From: a virus
Taxonomy: Duplodnaviria > Caudoviricetes
Reading direction: 5' to 3' (one strand)
Virus record (IMG/VR): IMGVR_UViG_3300047469_000103
Location: 32,001 to 96,000 of that record
DNA: 64,000 nucleotides
Positions 38,907-47,743 of the stretch are shown in pieces. Under the pieces are notes generated by a model, which worked only from the letters and a program-made list of their open reading frames with translations, was not told where the DNA came from and searched no databases. A program made the position numbers and the translations under genes. Each line of letters starts with the position of its first letter. The stretch's first letter is position 1.

Positions 38907-39968
38907 ATGTCCTTGCTTCAACACGATGGCTTCGACCACTACGGCACAACCACATTGAACGGCGGCGCTTCTGTTGCGTCCCTGATGTGGGTTTCTGGCG
39001 GTTATGTTTTGCCGACTGCTTCCATGTCGCCTGCTACGGCTTATGGTAAAAATGCTGGTTCTTTGGGCGTCGGTTTGAACGCCAGCACCACTGATCTTAT
39101 TTGGATCAAAAAAGCAATTCGTCCTGAGTCGAATAATACCGGCGCACCTTATACGCCGACAAAGCGTTTGGTTCTCGGTGCAGCAATTCGTTTCCCCCTC
39201 GCGTTGGCTGGTCAAATCAACTTTATGCGCATGGGCGGCATTAACATTAACATCGGCACCGACTGGTTTATTTATGTCGATGGCGTGCAGACTTCGTACC
39301 AGTGTGAATTAAACATCTGGAACTTTGTCGAAATGCGTTTCGATTTGGAAGCCAACAAATTCCAGTTGTACATGACTGAAACTCTGGTCATGGAAAAAGC
39401 CATTACAAACCCAACATTCGACTTCTATGAAGTTCGTGCGCAGGCTGTTTCCGGTTCCGGTTCTGGCGTTCTGGTTAACTGCGACGATTTGTATTTGCTC
39501 GATGGCGCTGGCACTTACAACAACGAACGAATTGGTAAATGCAACACGCTGACTCGTTTCCCAACTGCCGACGACACAAAAGGCATGACGCCGGATACAG
39601 GCACCGCAAACTTCAGCCGGGTAAACCAAGCTGTGCCGGATGGTGACTCTTCCTACGTTTATGCAAACGTTGCGGGCGCTACGGATTTGTACACCAACAC
39701 AACCGCAATTGTTACGGTCGATGACGCTGCAATTCGTGCAATTACAATTGCGCCAAACGTGCGGATGTTGGAACCGGATTCGCTGTCGGTTACTGCCGTC
39801 GTAAAAGTCGGTACTTCGGAAGCTGTTGGTTATCGCATGAAATTGAAAGCGGCAACTTACACTTCGGAAAAACACATCTTTGAAGTGAGTCCGGCGACCA
39901 GCCTTCCGTGGACTCCGACCGAAGCGCAAAACGTGAAATTTGGCCAACGTATTTTGGCTAAACCTTAA
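38907..39968 (+). CDS. virion structural protein (lectin-like beta-sandwich)
   Basis: GGAG RBS before MSLLQHDGFDHY; DDLYLLDG motif. Confidence 0.75.
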   Translation: MSLLQHDGFDHYGTTTLNGGASVASLMWVSGGYVLPTASMSPATAYGKNAGSLGVGLNASTTDLIWIKKAIRPESNNTGAPYTPTKRLVLGAAIRFPLALAGQINFMRMGGININIGTDWFIYVDGVQTSYQCELNIWNFVEMRFDLEANKFQLYMTETLVMEKAITNPTFDFYEVRAQAVSGSGSGVLVNCDDLYLLDGAGTYNNERIGKCNTLTRFPTADDTKGMTPDTGTANFSRVNQAVPDGDSSYVYANVAGATDLYTNTTAIVTVDDAAIRAITIAPNVRMLEPDSLSVTAVVKVGTSEAVGYRMKLKAATYTSEKHIFEVSPATSLPWTPTEAQNVKFGQRILAKP

Positions 39969-39981
39969 AAGGTAGACCAAA

Positions 39982-41295
39982 ATGGCTTTGATTTATGCAG
40001 ATGATTTTGGTGGCATCGGATTGCAGAACGTAGGGGGCGGCGGGATATTCGCCTCCTTTAACACTGATGCAACTACGATGCTTGCCATCCAACGTTTGGT
40101 GAACGGTTACGGTTTTGATTTGCCTGCTTATCAAAACCTTGGCGGCAACTCGTGGATGAATACCGTCAACTACGACTTGAATAAAAAAGCGCTGCTTATC
40201 AACATGTACCAGCAGGCGTCATACACCTTTTCTCCGGGTGCGATTGGTTTGCAGCGCACGTTTAATTACAGTGGCGATACGGTGCGGTTTGGTTTCCTTG
40301 CCGCATTGTCCACGCTGTATATGCCGCGTGGCCCGTTCGTAACATTCGAAGATTTGTACACGGTCGGCGTAGATTTCACGACCGGTAATTACATGCTTAA
40401 TGATGTAGTTACTTCCACACCTGCACAACTCGGAATTGATACGCCGATGTATCACGAAGTCGTTTTCACTCCGACTACGATGGAATTGTGGATCAGTAAA
40501 ACGAAAATCGCAGAAGTTTCTCGGTCGGCTATTCCGGTTCGTAGAATTCGGTTCGGGCAAGCGGGCACTTCTACGCTCAACCTGTTCGGCCTTACTCTTT
40601 ACAACTTAATTGTTGTGGATAATACCGGAACGTTTAAAGGCCCAATCGGTCGCATGGGTGTAAAAACTTATCAGGCGACAGCACAGGGCACGATTCAATC
40701 TGCCAACGTTCCGTCGAACTACACCGCCCTGCAAATAATCAACAAAATTGCAGACGGTAAAGACGTGGAAACCGGCAGTTATATTCTCGGTGTGTTGGCG
40801 TCTCCGAATGGTTACGTGACGAACGCGTTTACATCGACGTACAACGGAAGACTTCCACTAGCCGCATGTGTGAGCATTCAAGCGCGACGAAAAAGTCCGG
40901 CTGCTGATGGTTTGGCTCCATACCCGTACATTAAAATTGGTGCAACAAAAGTTAGCGCTACGCCTCAACCGGTATCGTCTTTGTGGAATGTTTTCTGCAC
41001 AGAAATTCCAATGGTTCCGTCGCAAACATTCACGGCTTTTGAATTCGGTTACGATCAAGATTTCCTCGACGTTGAACGTGTGTTTATTTCTAATCGTGAC
41101 GGCGTTGCAATCTACGGAAATCAGTCTGTCACACCGGCGATTAGCGGGCCTGCTTTCTTGAACAAAGTCCCAACGCTCGGACAGACCAACATTGCCAACA
41201 CAACCGTTAACGCATACGTGACCGACTACTCGAAATCTACGCTGCAAATCGGCCTGACTTCGGTGGAAAATATCACGTATAGACAGGAACAATAA
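39982..41295 (+). CDS. virion structural protein, distant paralogue of the 38907 ORF
   Basis: MALIYADDF start and YNLIVVDNTG...GRMGVKT match the 38907 layout. Confidence 0.7.
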   Translation: MALIYADDFGGIGLQNVGGGGIFASFNTDATTMLAIQRLVNGYGFDLPAYQNLGGNSWMNTVNYDLNKKALLINMYQQASYTFSPGAIGLQRTFNYSGDTVRFGFLAALSTLYMPRGPFVTFEDLYTVGVDFTTGNYMLNDVVTSTPAQLGIDTPMYHEVVFTPTTMELWISKTKIAEVSRSAIPVRRIRFGQAGTSTLNLFGLTLYNLIVVDNTGTFKGPIGRMGVKTYQATAQGTIQSANVPSNYTALQIINKIADGKDVETGSYILGVLASPNGYVTNAFTSTYNGRLPLAACVSIQARRKSPAADGLAPYPYIKIGATKVSATPQPVSSLWNVFCTEIPMVPSQTFTAFEFGYDQDFLDVERVFISNRDGVAIYGNQSVTPAISGPAFLNKVPTLGQTNIANTTVNAYVTDYSKSTLQIGLTSVENITYRQEQ

Positions 41296-41297
41296 TT

Positions 41298-42653
41298 ATG
41301 GCTTTTGTGACAGTTGATAACCCTAGCGGGATTCTGCATCACGGCGCGCATATGGGATGGTGCGCTATTTCTGATACGCGACTAGCAATCGCAACCGTTA
41401 CCACTGATTTAAAAGTTTTGGTGCAGGAAATAAACTTTGCAGGCGGTAACGCAAACCTCGGCCTTGCAACATTTGTGGCTGCGATCCCCGGCACGCCAAC
41501 AAACAAAACGATATTTCGCCCGAAAGTTTATAGCATTGGCACCGACGCCATTATGGTTATGGTGCCTACAGCTTTTGCTACTGTGTCAGTGCGTTGCGCT
41601 CTCGGTAATTCTAGAATCGTACCGAACCAAACAGGCTTGGGGCCGATGCCGTCGTTTTACAGCGTGTTTATTATGACGCGAAATGCGGATGGCACGTACA
41701 CAAGTAAATCCACAGCATCTTTGGATTTTACGTCAACGCCCGGTGGGCTTAACAGCTACCATCAATCGTACCCCGGCACGGCGTTCGAACTTGTTTCGGC
41801 AACACCGACACAACTTGTTTTGATGCGACCGATGCAGTTGGTTAACATTGCCAACGAAGGCAATACTTTTCCTTACGTGCAAGAATACACAATTACACTA
41901 GCGAATAACGTTATCCAATCCGCTGTTAAAGCGGAACGGGGAGGTGCGACAGCCCTTGCGTCACGGAACACGACTCCTTACGATATACGTTATAAAAAAT
42001 TGCCAGATAAATCGAAAGTTCTGGTTGTGTCAGGGGGACAGGTTTACGCTGGCCCGATGGCAGACTCACCTGCCATTTATCGTAGAATATCGTATGACTT
42101 GCTCGGTGCGTTTCCGACAATCTCGATTTCTGCACAATACCCGAACGCTATACTGTACATTTCTCCGAACGCGTTTTTGCCAATTGATGCCGTGTCAAAG
42201 CACTTCATTATCGGCGGTAACGTGAACGGCGCAAACACTGCAATCAACACAACGTCGCAACAATCGACAAATTCGATTTTTTATAATCCGCTTGATACTG
42301 CGTGGATTACACCGACGACTTTATGTGTTGCGGGTTGCCCAACGGGACAGGGAATTACCGATACTGTTCTGCAACAAACTGGCCCATTCTTCGATCACGA
42401 TATGAGCGCGTCTGTAAACCAGTCGAACAACTTAGGCCCGTGGCCTTTGTTTTTGTCGATGCGGGAAATCGGCGCAGCCGGTCAATACGTTGGCGTTTTC
42501 GATCCAATTCAGACGCCGTACTATTACAATCCGGGGATGATGTGCGACAACGTTATTCATCGAATTGACGACACGCATTTTGCAATGATTGGCGTATTCA
42601 AAGCGGACATTAACGCCGCGCCTAAAATCGGGGTTATCACGGTGAACGTATGA
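41298..42653 (+). CDS. virion structural protein (beta-rich)
   Basis: Long ORF in the structural operon. Confidence 0.7.
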   Translation: MAFVTVDNPSGILHHGAHMGWCAISDTRLAIATVTTDLKVLVQEINFAGGNANLGLATFVAAIPGTPTNKTIFRPKVYSIGTDAIMVMVPTAFATVSVRCALGNSRIVPNQTGLGPMPSFYSVFIMTRNADGTYTSKSTASLDFTSTPGGLNSYHQSYPGTAFELVSATPTQLVLMRPMQLVNIANEGNTFPYVQEYTITLANNVIQSAVKAERGGATALASRNTTPYDIRYKKLPDKSKVLVVSGGQVYAGPMADSPAIYRRISYDLLGAFPTISISAQYPNAILYISPNAFLPIDAVSKHFIIGGNVNGANTAINTTSQQSTNSIFYNPLDTAWITPTTLCVAGCPTGQGITDTVLQQTGPFFDHDMSASVNQSNNLGPWPLFLSMREIGAAGQYVGVFDPIQTPYYYNPGMMCDNVIHRIDDTHFAMIGVFKADINAAPKIGVITVNV

Positions 42654-45349
42654 ATCTTTTGAACACGATTGCCCTGCCGAATCAGCATGTCGCGCACGGT
42701 CAAGATTATATTGCGGTTTATGCTGACGGTGTGGTGTCAACGTACCGAAAGAATCGCATTGATAACACAGTTGATTTGCAGCCGGTAACTTATGATGTTG
42801 CCGGTGTGCTGTCTCTTCGCATGAGTCAGAACGGACAAATCATTGCGGTACAAACTGCAACCCAAACAATTCGTTTACAAAATGGCACGCAAACCCCATT
42901 CAACAACATCGGTCGATTTGATATTGCCAACACTGGGCATTTGATTATTGTCGATGCTGTGAATGGTGCAGTGCAGGTAATTACCAACTCGACTACGAAT
43001 CTCGCAACTACCGTCACTGACGACGACCGCGTGGTTTGTGGCCGACAAGGTTACATGGTTTACAACACGGCGCGGACTCTGCTCGGTGCGAAATTCGCTG
43101 ACGTAACTTTTACCAACACACCGGCTGCAAAAGAAATCGTTCATTGCCTGCACGTGAAAGACGATAAATATGCAATCTTTTACAAAGACGGCACCGCAAC
43201 TTATGACGGCATTACGCGTACAGTTGCTGGCCCGAACGCGGGTTTCCGTGAAGCTGGTTCGCATCTGTTGTCTACGGATTACAAACAGGATTTCTACACG
43301 TCGCGATTTAACCCGCTGTCGGATGCGAAATCTTTGCGCACATTTAAATGGCTGTTTCCGCCCCTCGCCTCTGCTGCACAATGGGCTGCCTTGAAATTGA
43401 TGGCTACCGGTAACGCAATTACTACCGGGTTTGATTCGAAAAACGCATTGGCAGTTGTTAACAGCGGTGGTATGACGGTTGTGCCGGATGCTCCTTTCGG
43501 GGGCAACGGTAATTCGTTGAATTTCGATGGCAGCACTTCACTTCTGCAAACTGCTGACAGTGCAAATATTCAATTAGGCGGCGCGGATTTCACAATTGAA
43601 CTCTTTGTTAAAATCGCTTCCGGCGCCACGGGTGTTATTACCGTGCTTAACAAAGGCGGAGGTCTAAACGTTTCGTGGTCTAGTTTTATTCTTCAGGCAA
43701 TTACTGCAACAAAATCGTTTTGTTTTGCTGCGTCTACTTCCAATACGAAATACGAAGTCGGTAGTACGGACGGCGTAGGAGCGTGGGGCAGTTTTGAATA
43801 CGACACGTGGACGCATATTGCAATCACGCGAAAAGTAAACGTGTGGCGCTGTTTCCAAGACGGTAAACTGCAAGCGAAATATAACGTCGCGGGTTCGGTG
43901 TTTGCGAATAGCGGACGCGGACTTTCAATCGGCCACAGTCGGCAGAACGATTTTAATAGTGGCACTGTGTATGGTCGTCTGCAAGGGCGACTGCACGCAC
44001 TGGCAATTCACAATTACGCAAAATACACGTCTAATTTCGTGGTCGATACGATTCCATTGGCGCTTGATACTCGCGTGCCACCGGCCACACTTTCGGCGCT
44101 CACATGGATGCAAATGAGCTTTGCTGGCGGCACAGCTTTAGAAGAAGTGAGCGGCACCGTTATGCCACTTGCTGCAACTGCGTCTATCACAAATAATAAA
44201 CTGGTAAATACCGATGCGACCGTAACTGTAATGGATAAACTGACACCGGTTTATTTCAACGCAGTGGAAGATTTTAGTATCGAAGGCTGGTTTAATTTCA
44301 GCAGCGTCGATCCTGCTTTTGCCGCTACAATTTTGTGTGTCGATGCCAGCAACGGTGATGCAGACAGATCGTTCAACTTGAACGTTTATCCAACGGGAAA
44401 CACAGCAGGTTTTATTCTGTCTGCGAATGGAACCACTGGCGGATATTCGCTTAATGGCACCTATGCTTTCCAAGCAAATACTGACCATCATTTGGCTGCG
44501 TGCCGTGTAGGCGGTGTGCTTACCATTTATCTGGATGGTGTGTCTATTTATGCTGGTGCAAATAACACGGCCAGTTTTAAATCCACACAATTCCTGAATG
44601 TTCGTCGTGGTGCAATCGGTAAGCGCTGGGGATTACGGGTTGTGCGCGGTGCGTCTGCGTACAGTGCAGCGTTTACGCCGCCTGTTTCGTTGCCGCCTTT
44701 GTTGGCAAACAATTACGCGCCTGCTGTGCAATCCGACGTTATTTTTCAAACGTGTTTCCGTGGCAATAGCCTGAATGACGAAGTGACAAGTTCGCCACTC
44801 ACTTTATCGGGCGCGGGTATTACCGCTGCTGAAGGCCGCTTGAAAATATCGCAAACCGGTTCAACGTCGCGCTTCGAAAAATTCATTCCGTATTTCGGTG
44901 CGGGCGATTACACAATCGAAGTTTTGCTGCGCGTAGTCAGCACAGCAGCCAACGAAAACTGCATCATGGGGCAGTACGTTAACCCCGGCCAAAACAATAG
45001 CTGGTTGATGTGGTACAGCGCGGGAATGGGTTTTATTTTCTATTCCAATTCCACGGCTGGCGGATTGGTTGGGTTGACTGCTACAAAAACACTTCCGGTT
45101 AATACCGATGTGCATTTGGTAATCGAAAAGTACAATAACGTGCTGACGATTTACATGGATGGTGTCGCGTGCGGTACGGTTGCAAATACGCAGCCTCTAT
45201 CGGATAACAGTGCAACCATTCCAGTACGAAATTGGTGGGGCGATAACTCCATGAGCAACAACATGTTGATTAAATACATTCGCATTGCAAAACGCGCAAT
45301 GTATCAGGGTGCAGTAACTACCAAAGCCGTGTTGCCGCGCATTGTGTGA
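42650..45349 (+). CDS. fibre protein with three LamG/concanavalin-A-like domains
   Basis: SLNFDG...DFTIELFV, DFSIEGWF and DYTIEVLL repeats, each with a later H(I/L)A/V motif. Confidence 0.8.
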   Translation: MNLLNTIALPNQHVAHGQDYIAVYADGVVSTYRKNRIDNTVDLQPVTYDVAGVLSLRMSQNGQIIAVQTATQTIRLQNGTQTPFNNIGRFDIANTGHLIIVDAVNGAVQVITNSTTNLATTVTDDDRVVCGRQGYMVYNTARTLLGAKFADVTFTNTPAAKEIVHCLHVKDDKYAIFYKDGTATYDGITRTVAGPNAGFREAGSHLLSTDYKQDFYTSRFNPLSDAKSLRTFKWLFPPLASAAQWAALKLMATGNAITTGFDSKNALAVVNSGGMTVVPDAPFGGNGNSLNFDGSTSLLQTADSANIQLGGADFTIELFVKIASGATGVITVLNKGGGLNVSWSSFILQAITATKSFCFAASTSNTKYEVGSTDGVGAWGSFEYDTWTHIAITRKVNVWRCFQDGKLQAKYNVAGSVFANSGRGLSIGHSRQNDFNSGTVYGRLQGRLHALAIHNYAKYTSNFVVDTIPLALDTRVPPATLSALTWMQMSFAGGTALEEVSGTVMPLAATASITNNKLVNTDATVTVMDKLTPVYFNAVEDFSIEGWFNFSSVDPAFAATILCVDASNGDADRSFNLNVYPTGNTAGFILSANGTTGGYSLNGTYAFQANTDHHLAACRVGGVLTIYLDGVSIYAGANNTASFKSTQFLNVRRGAIGKRWGLRVVRGASAYSAAFTPPVSLPPLLANNYAPAVQSDVIFQTCFRGNSLNDEVTSSPLTLSGAGITAAEGRLKISQTGSTSRFEKFIPYFGAGDYTIEVLLRVVSTAANENCIMGQYVNPGQNNSWLMWYSAGMGFIFYSNSTAGGLVGLTATKTLPVNTDVHLVIEKYNNVLTIYMDGVACGTVANTQPLSDNSATIPVRNWWGDNSMSNNMLIKYIRIAKRAMYQGAVTTKAVLPRIV

Positions 45350-45380
45350 TGGCACCGGGTTTACCAATGATGGCACATTG
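45347..45380. promoter_or_regulatory. tandem TGATGGCAC direct repeat, putative AmrZ-type operator
   Basis: Copies at 45347 and 45368, 21 bp apart; resembles the recalled AmrZ consensus. Confidence 0.4.
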
Positions 45381-45395
45381 ATATTGCAGGGAATT

Positions 45396-45424
45396 AAGGG
45401 GCGTTCATTCGCCCCTTTTTCTTT
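45396..45424 (+). terminator. intrinsic terminator with TTCATT loop
   Basis: AAGGGGCG-TTCATT-CGCCCCTT-TTTCTTT. Confidence 0.75.
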
Positions 45425-45439
45425 AATGGAGACGGTTAA

Positions 45440-46192
45440 ATGCGAGCGATATTATTTACCATAATTTATATGTATAGCTTGTCAGTTTCGGCTGCCGATT
45501 TGTTCGTTCAATCCCGTGCTGTTACGGATTTGTACGGGGATGTTTACCTGCATAAATTGAATGCGCAAAACGTGATTTATCTGGAAAGACAAGCGAGACA
45601 GGCGGACGTGACTCACTCGGTTGGCGTGTATGCGAAAGCGCACGATTACACCAACATAACTCTGCTTGGACAATACCACTCAATTAACGCCACTCGGCAT
45701 GTCCCAATCCTGACGCAATTCACGTTACCGGAATTCATGAAAGATAAACCGGTTTACGTTTTGTCAGGTAAGACAAAAATGGAAGAAGAAAGAAAAGCGG
45801 TCATTGCGAAGACTGTGAAAATCTCGAAAGAATACGAAGTTACTTCGGATTACAATCTGAGAAAAGCACTTGTCGATTTGCGAGGTCAGCCTGATGGCTT
45901 CGTGATTATCAATGTATTCTCCGTCAAGGATAACTGGGGAGAAAAACGCTCTTATATGTCGATTGAAGAAGTCGTGACGACATACAAAACAGGTCACGTT
46001 GATGTTGGCATATGTTATCCCGGTTTCAAAACCGCTTTAGCAATTGGCCCGACCATTGATGATGTTGATTTAGTTTTAAAAGGTGAGAGTTCAAAAAGCC
46101 TGTGTGCGTCTCTTGAGCGGTTGCGTCGAATGGGTCGTGTCGAACTATACTCGCAGTCGTCAGGGAAATTTTATCGTGTTAAGCCAGACTAA
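45440..46192 (+). CDS. secreted/periplasmic protein, possibly substrate-binding-like sensor fold
   Basis: Signal peptide ending SVSA; alternating alpha/beta pattern; fold assignment weak. Confidence 0.6.
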   Translation: MRAILFTIIYMYSLSVSAADLFVQSRAVTDLYGDVYLHKLNAQNVIYLERQARQADVTHSVGVYAKAHDYTNITLLGQYHSINATRHVPILTQFTLPEFMKDKPVYVLSGKTKMEEERKAVIAKTVKISKEYEVTSDYNLRKALVDLRGQPDGFVIINVFSVKDNWGEKRSYMSIEEVVTTYKTGHVDVGICYPGFKTALAIGPTIDDVDLVLKGESSKSLCASLERLRRMGRVELYSQSSGKFYRVKPD

Positions 46193-46457
46193 GATTAGCC
46201 GAGTATTATTACTCATTTTGTTCTTGGGTGTTTGCTACGCGTTTTATATTAGCGGCGCGACTTCCCATGAACCTGATCCCGTTGTACGTGAATCGTATGA
46301 ATGTGTATCAAGGATGTGCAGTGAACTTCCGGGGGCGGGAACCGCTTGCATTATACAAAAACCTAGAATAACAAAAATCGTCGTCAGTGATGAAGACGGG
46401 GCGAAAACTGTACGTTTTACACCAACCAATGATAGGTGCGCCAATGGGAGCGATTGA
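46176..46457 (+). CDS. small membrane-anchored protein with four periplasmic Cys
   Basis: GTG 46176 after a GGGA RBS; TM VLLLILFLGVCYAFYI. Confidence 0.6.
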   Translation: MLSQTKISRVLLLILFLGVCYAFYISGATSHEPDPVVRESYECVSRMCSELPGAGTACIIQKPRITKIVVSDEDGAKTVRFTPTNDRCANGSD

Positions 46458-46929
46458 CCTTCTTTACTCAAGTCCGATCCCGGTTATATTGGCAATGGGC
46501 CTTAACGCGTTCTTAATGGCGGGTTATTGGTTCTTCGTCTTTCCGATGATGGACGAGTTAAAGGCGTTGCGAAAGCGCAGCGCAGAATTCGATGCAAACT
46601 ATTTACAAAGTGCTGATGCTATTAAACAAATGAGCCAGATTCTCGAAGAAATTCGCGAAGCTGTTGAACGCCCCGTCAGCAATCAGGATGTTAACGCCGT
46701 CGTGGCGGTCTGCGAAAACATCATGGTGTCTATCAACGATATCCGTGTAAATCTTGGCAAAGATAATCCGCGTGAACGTGCAGAGCTTTTGAATCAAGTC
46801 GATAACATCGAAAGAAATTCCGAACGCATTCTCCGCACAATCTCCGAAGTTAGTGAAAAGCAGAGCCAAGTGACGGGTCTTATTCTCGGGATTAACATGC
46901 AGCGCGGTACGCCGCCGCGAGGCGTTTGA
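46444..46929 (+). CDS. membrane protein with coiled-coil tail
   Basis: TM PVILAMGLNAFLMAGYWFFVF followed by heptad repeats. Confidence 0.7.
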   Translation: MGAIDLLYSSPIPVILAMGLNAFLMAGYWFFVFPMMDELKALRKRSAEFDANYLQSADAIKQMSQILEEIREAVERPVSNQDVNAVVAVCENIMVSINDIRVNLGKDNPRERAELLNQVDNIERNSERILRTISEVSEKQSQVTGLILGINMQRGTPPRGV

Positions 46930-46936
46930 GGTTCTC

Positions 46937-47728
46937 ATGGCATTCGTTCCTAACAATATTCGATTCCGTGCAGTGAGTGCTTGTTCACTTGAGCATTTCT
47001 ACAGCACAAAAGCATATATCCTCGACGTGGTTTTAATGGAGCGAAACCAGTTCAGCGAGACTGCGCGGGAAACCCTGCTACTGCTGTTCAATTCTTACAG
47101 TAGCTGGGCAACCCGCATCGAATATCTCTTTTTGAATAATCACGTGCTGACTCAAAAGGAGATTGAGGAAACTCTCGCAGAAGACGACAAGGTTCAATCG
47201 GAACATTTGGAAATTTTCGAATTGTACACCGATTTGTTCACGCCCCAGTTTATTGAAGCGTGGTACACCGTGAATGTCCATACGCGCAATGCGTTCCGGG
47301 CAATCATCCGCAGCACCGAAGGCCAATCGCACTTAGAAGCGTATCCGATCATAATGGCTGCCCTGAGTGCAAGTCTTCAAAATTGCATGTACGAATTGTA
47401 TGAAATTGATTGCTTGTTTGGTGGTGATTTTGTCCAAGACCAATGCTCCACCAATCGAAGCAATAGCAACCGTATGCTTTTGTATGTAGATAACTTCGCG
47501 CTCGATTATTATTTCCGCTCGGGAATTTTCATGTGCGAAGAACGGATTAAATACTACAACACAATTGCATGCCGTCGTCTTCCTACCCTCGTGAAAAATT
47601 ATTCCACCAGCAACGTTTCTTATTCTGGTGTGATCGAAGGGGATGAACCGCTGGCTACCCTTCTGAAGAGGTGTGCCGAACACGTCGATATTATTGATAT
47701 TGTTTTGCCCACTCCAGCTACTTGTTAA
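46937..47728 (+). CDS. hypothetical helical protein
   Basis: GAGG RBS; long ORF. Confidence 0.75.
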   Translation: MAFVPNNIRFRAVSACSLEHFYSTKAYILDVVLMERNQFSETARETLLLLFNSYSSWATRIEYLFLNNHVLTQKEIEETLAEDDKVQSEHLEIFELYTDLFTPQFIEAWYTVNVHTRNAFRAIIRSTEGQSHLEAYPIIMAALSASLQNCMYELYEIDCLFGGDFVQDQCSTNRSNSNRMLLYVDNFALDYYFRSGIFMCEERIKYYNTIACRRLPTLVKNYSTSNVSYSGVIEGDEPLATLLKRCAEHVDIIDIVLPTPATC

Positions 47729-47743
47729 AAGAGGATTTTCAGC

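Noticed and set aside
46937-47728. Possible globin-coupled-sensor-like fold
   Set aside because: Resemblance too weak by eye; cannot be supported without a profile search
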